A DNA stretch of 64,000 nucleotides, taken from NCBI GenBank assembly GCA_010405405.1, contig MU004231.1:980153-1044152 (forward strand). Reading direction: 5' to 3'. This document shows, piece by piece, positions 62,701 to 64,000 of this stretch. Positions within the stretch are counted from its first letter, which is position 1. The number at the start of each line of letters is the position of its first letter. A program made the position numbers and the translations under genes. Origin of the DNA: Microthyrium microscopicum. Its lineage: Eukaryota. Below the pieces are notes generated by a model, which had not been told where the DNA came from, did no database searches, and saw only the letters and a program-made list of their open reading frames with translations.

Positions 62701-64000
62701 TTAACGCAGGATTTTAGTTGCTAAGTAGATGACACCTTATAACTACTTTATCCTCTAAAGGATTTTTTGAATCTTTAGGCGCAAAGAGCTATATACTTCT
62801 TTAATTAAACCGCTACAGTCAACCTATAGTTGTTAACAATATACTATTAACCTAAAAGTACTTACTTATATCTTTAATAGTACTATACTCCCTTAAGTAT
62901 TGTAAGACTAATGCGTTATTATTATTAAAGGTCGCAAGTCTCCGTACGATAGACTTAAGGTTATTATCTATTCTATCTAATAACTTTAACTAATATTCTA
63001 AGCGCTAACGTAGTTTAATTTTAGTACAGTTAAAGGAGAGAGTAGAATAGCGATTACAAATCTAATAAAGACTTAGTTAAGGTTAAACTAGATAGATAGC
63101 TATAGCTACCTTAAGTTTAAAGTTAGCTACTTACTTTACGCTCCTTAGAAAACCATCTAATAGAAATCTATGCTTTCTAACAGCTTACGCTTTGCTTATT
63201 TCCCGTTTCAAGAGGTCAGTAGTAAGCTAAGCTAGTAGTAGAACTAAATTTTTAATGCTTTTTAAGATAAATCCTTAAAAGGAAGAAGTTAGACTCTTAT
63301 CTTCGTCTCGCAATAAATTGCCAACCGAAATATAATAAAAATTGAATTCTTAAGCTAGCAAAGCGTACTACGTCCCTTTTCTAACACCCGACCCTCCTAA
63401 AGAGAAGTTAGCTAGATTAAAATAAAGATTAATAACTAATACTAGAGACGAAGACTATAATAATATTAGCCTGCCTTCTTAGTTTCAATTTATTATATTT
63501 CTATAAATAGGCGTCTAGTAAGGGCTTAAGTTCTAGTAGAGTAATCTTCTCTTTTAATAGTATAAAATTACTTATATCTTTACCTATTCGTTCTTTATAT
63601 ATTACGGCTTAGTATATACACTCTAGCTTGTCCATCTGCTTTGCTAAAAAAGCTACTCTAGTTTTCCCTTCCTTATATTCATTCCAAAGCTCTAATATTT
63701 AATTAGCGAATTTTGAATTTATAAGGCGAATAGTACACGTAAGGAATTTAAGAGCTATTGCTTTGCAAGTATATTTCTCTTCTATACTATATTAGATAAA
63801 ATACGTTAATAGTAATAGACAACTTACCTAGGCTAATCCCGTCTAAAGGAGCAATATCCCTAATTACGGCCTCTCCTATATCGTAAACTAGTGCTATATT
63901 AGAAGCCCTTGCGGTCGTTTTATCGTCAAACTACAAATATTAGTAAAAGAAAAGAACGTAGCACGCTATTACTAAACTCTAAGCGCTACTCGACAGGCAA
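62701..64000 (-). pseudogene. RIP-inactivated HD-domain 5'-deoxynucleotidase (HDDC2/Ygk1-like) fused to UMP-CMP/adenylate kinase (5'-partial)
   Basis: ALVYDIGEAVIRDIAP.DG, LELWNEYKEG and KQMDKLE run into VFV-GGSGVRKGT*Y, YISVGNLLR, FLLDGFLRS and DRIDNNLKSIVRRL, with introns. Confidence 0.8.

Larger units (their letters stand above)
53400..64000. other. Heavily RIP-mutated AT-rich block with several decayed reading frames
   Basis: Strong TpA excess, CpA/TpG depletion and almost no ORFs of 60 aa or more, yet protein-like frames broken by TAA/TAG remain. Confidence 0.85.

Noticed and set aside
25900..64000. Starship captain (DUF3435 tyrosine recombinase)
   Set aside because: No recognisable captain motifs in the frames I could read; heavy RIP means absence is not proven.
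53400..64000. Mitochondrial insertion or alternative genetic code as the cause of AT richness
   Set aside because: TpA excess with stops at Gln/Trp/Arg positions of nuclear-type spliced genes fits RIP better.
1..64000. tRNA, rRNA or telomeric repeats
   Set aside because: None recognised by eye; tRNAscan-SE or Infernal would be needed to exclude them.

Overview
Filamentous ascomycete (Pezizomycotina) genomic DNA with GT-AG introns and CTRAC-type branch points. The window has two sharply different parts. (1) About 1-25,880 is gene-dense and intact: Mediator Med18, FAD monooxygenase, SDR, a fungal transcription-factor-like gene, DHYC palmitoyltransferase Pfa5, Hbn1/Frm2 nitroreductase, thymidylate synthase with two MCB boxes, a small secreted protein, an SGNH esterase, an MHYT hybrid histidine kinase, a divergent HapX-like bZIP with an SreA-type site, mitochondrial ribosomal L1 and glutamyl-tRNA synthetase. 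(2) About 25,900-64,000 is accessory and mostly damaged by repeat-induced point mutation (RIP; TpA-rich, CpA/TpG-poor). It holds a Tc1/mariner and a pogo/Fot1 transposon plus many non-transposon genes killed by RIP: a DUF7924-like gene, an ABCG transporter, a CBM21 protein, an APH-like kinase and an HD-hydrolase/UMP-CMP-kinase fusion. An almost unmutated island inside it carries an OBAP/DUF1264 gene, an SSU1-like transporter and a glycosylase/BCS1 chimera. RIP of ordinary genes suggests a once-repeated large cargo-carrying element (Starship-like), but I could not find a captain recombinase or element ends here. All family assignments come from recognising motifs by eye; no searches were run.
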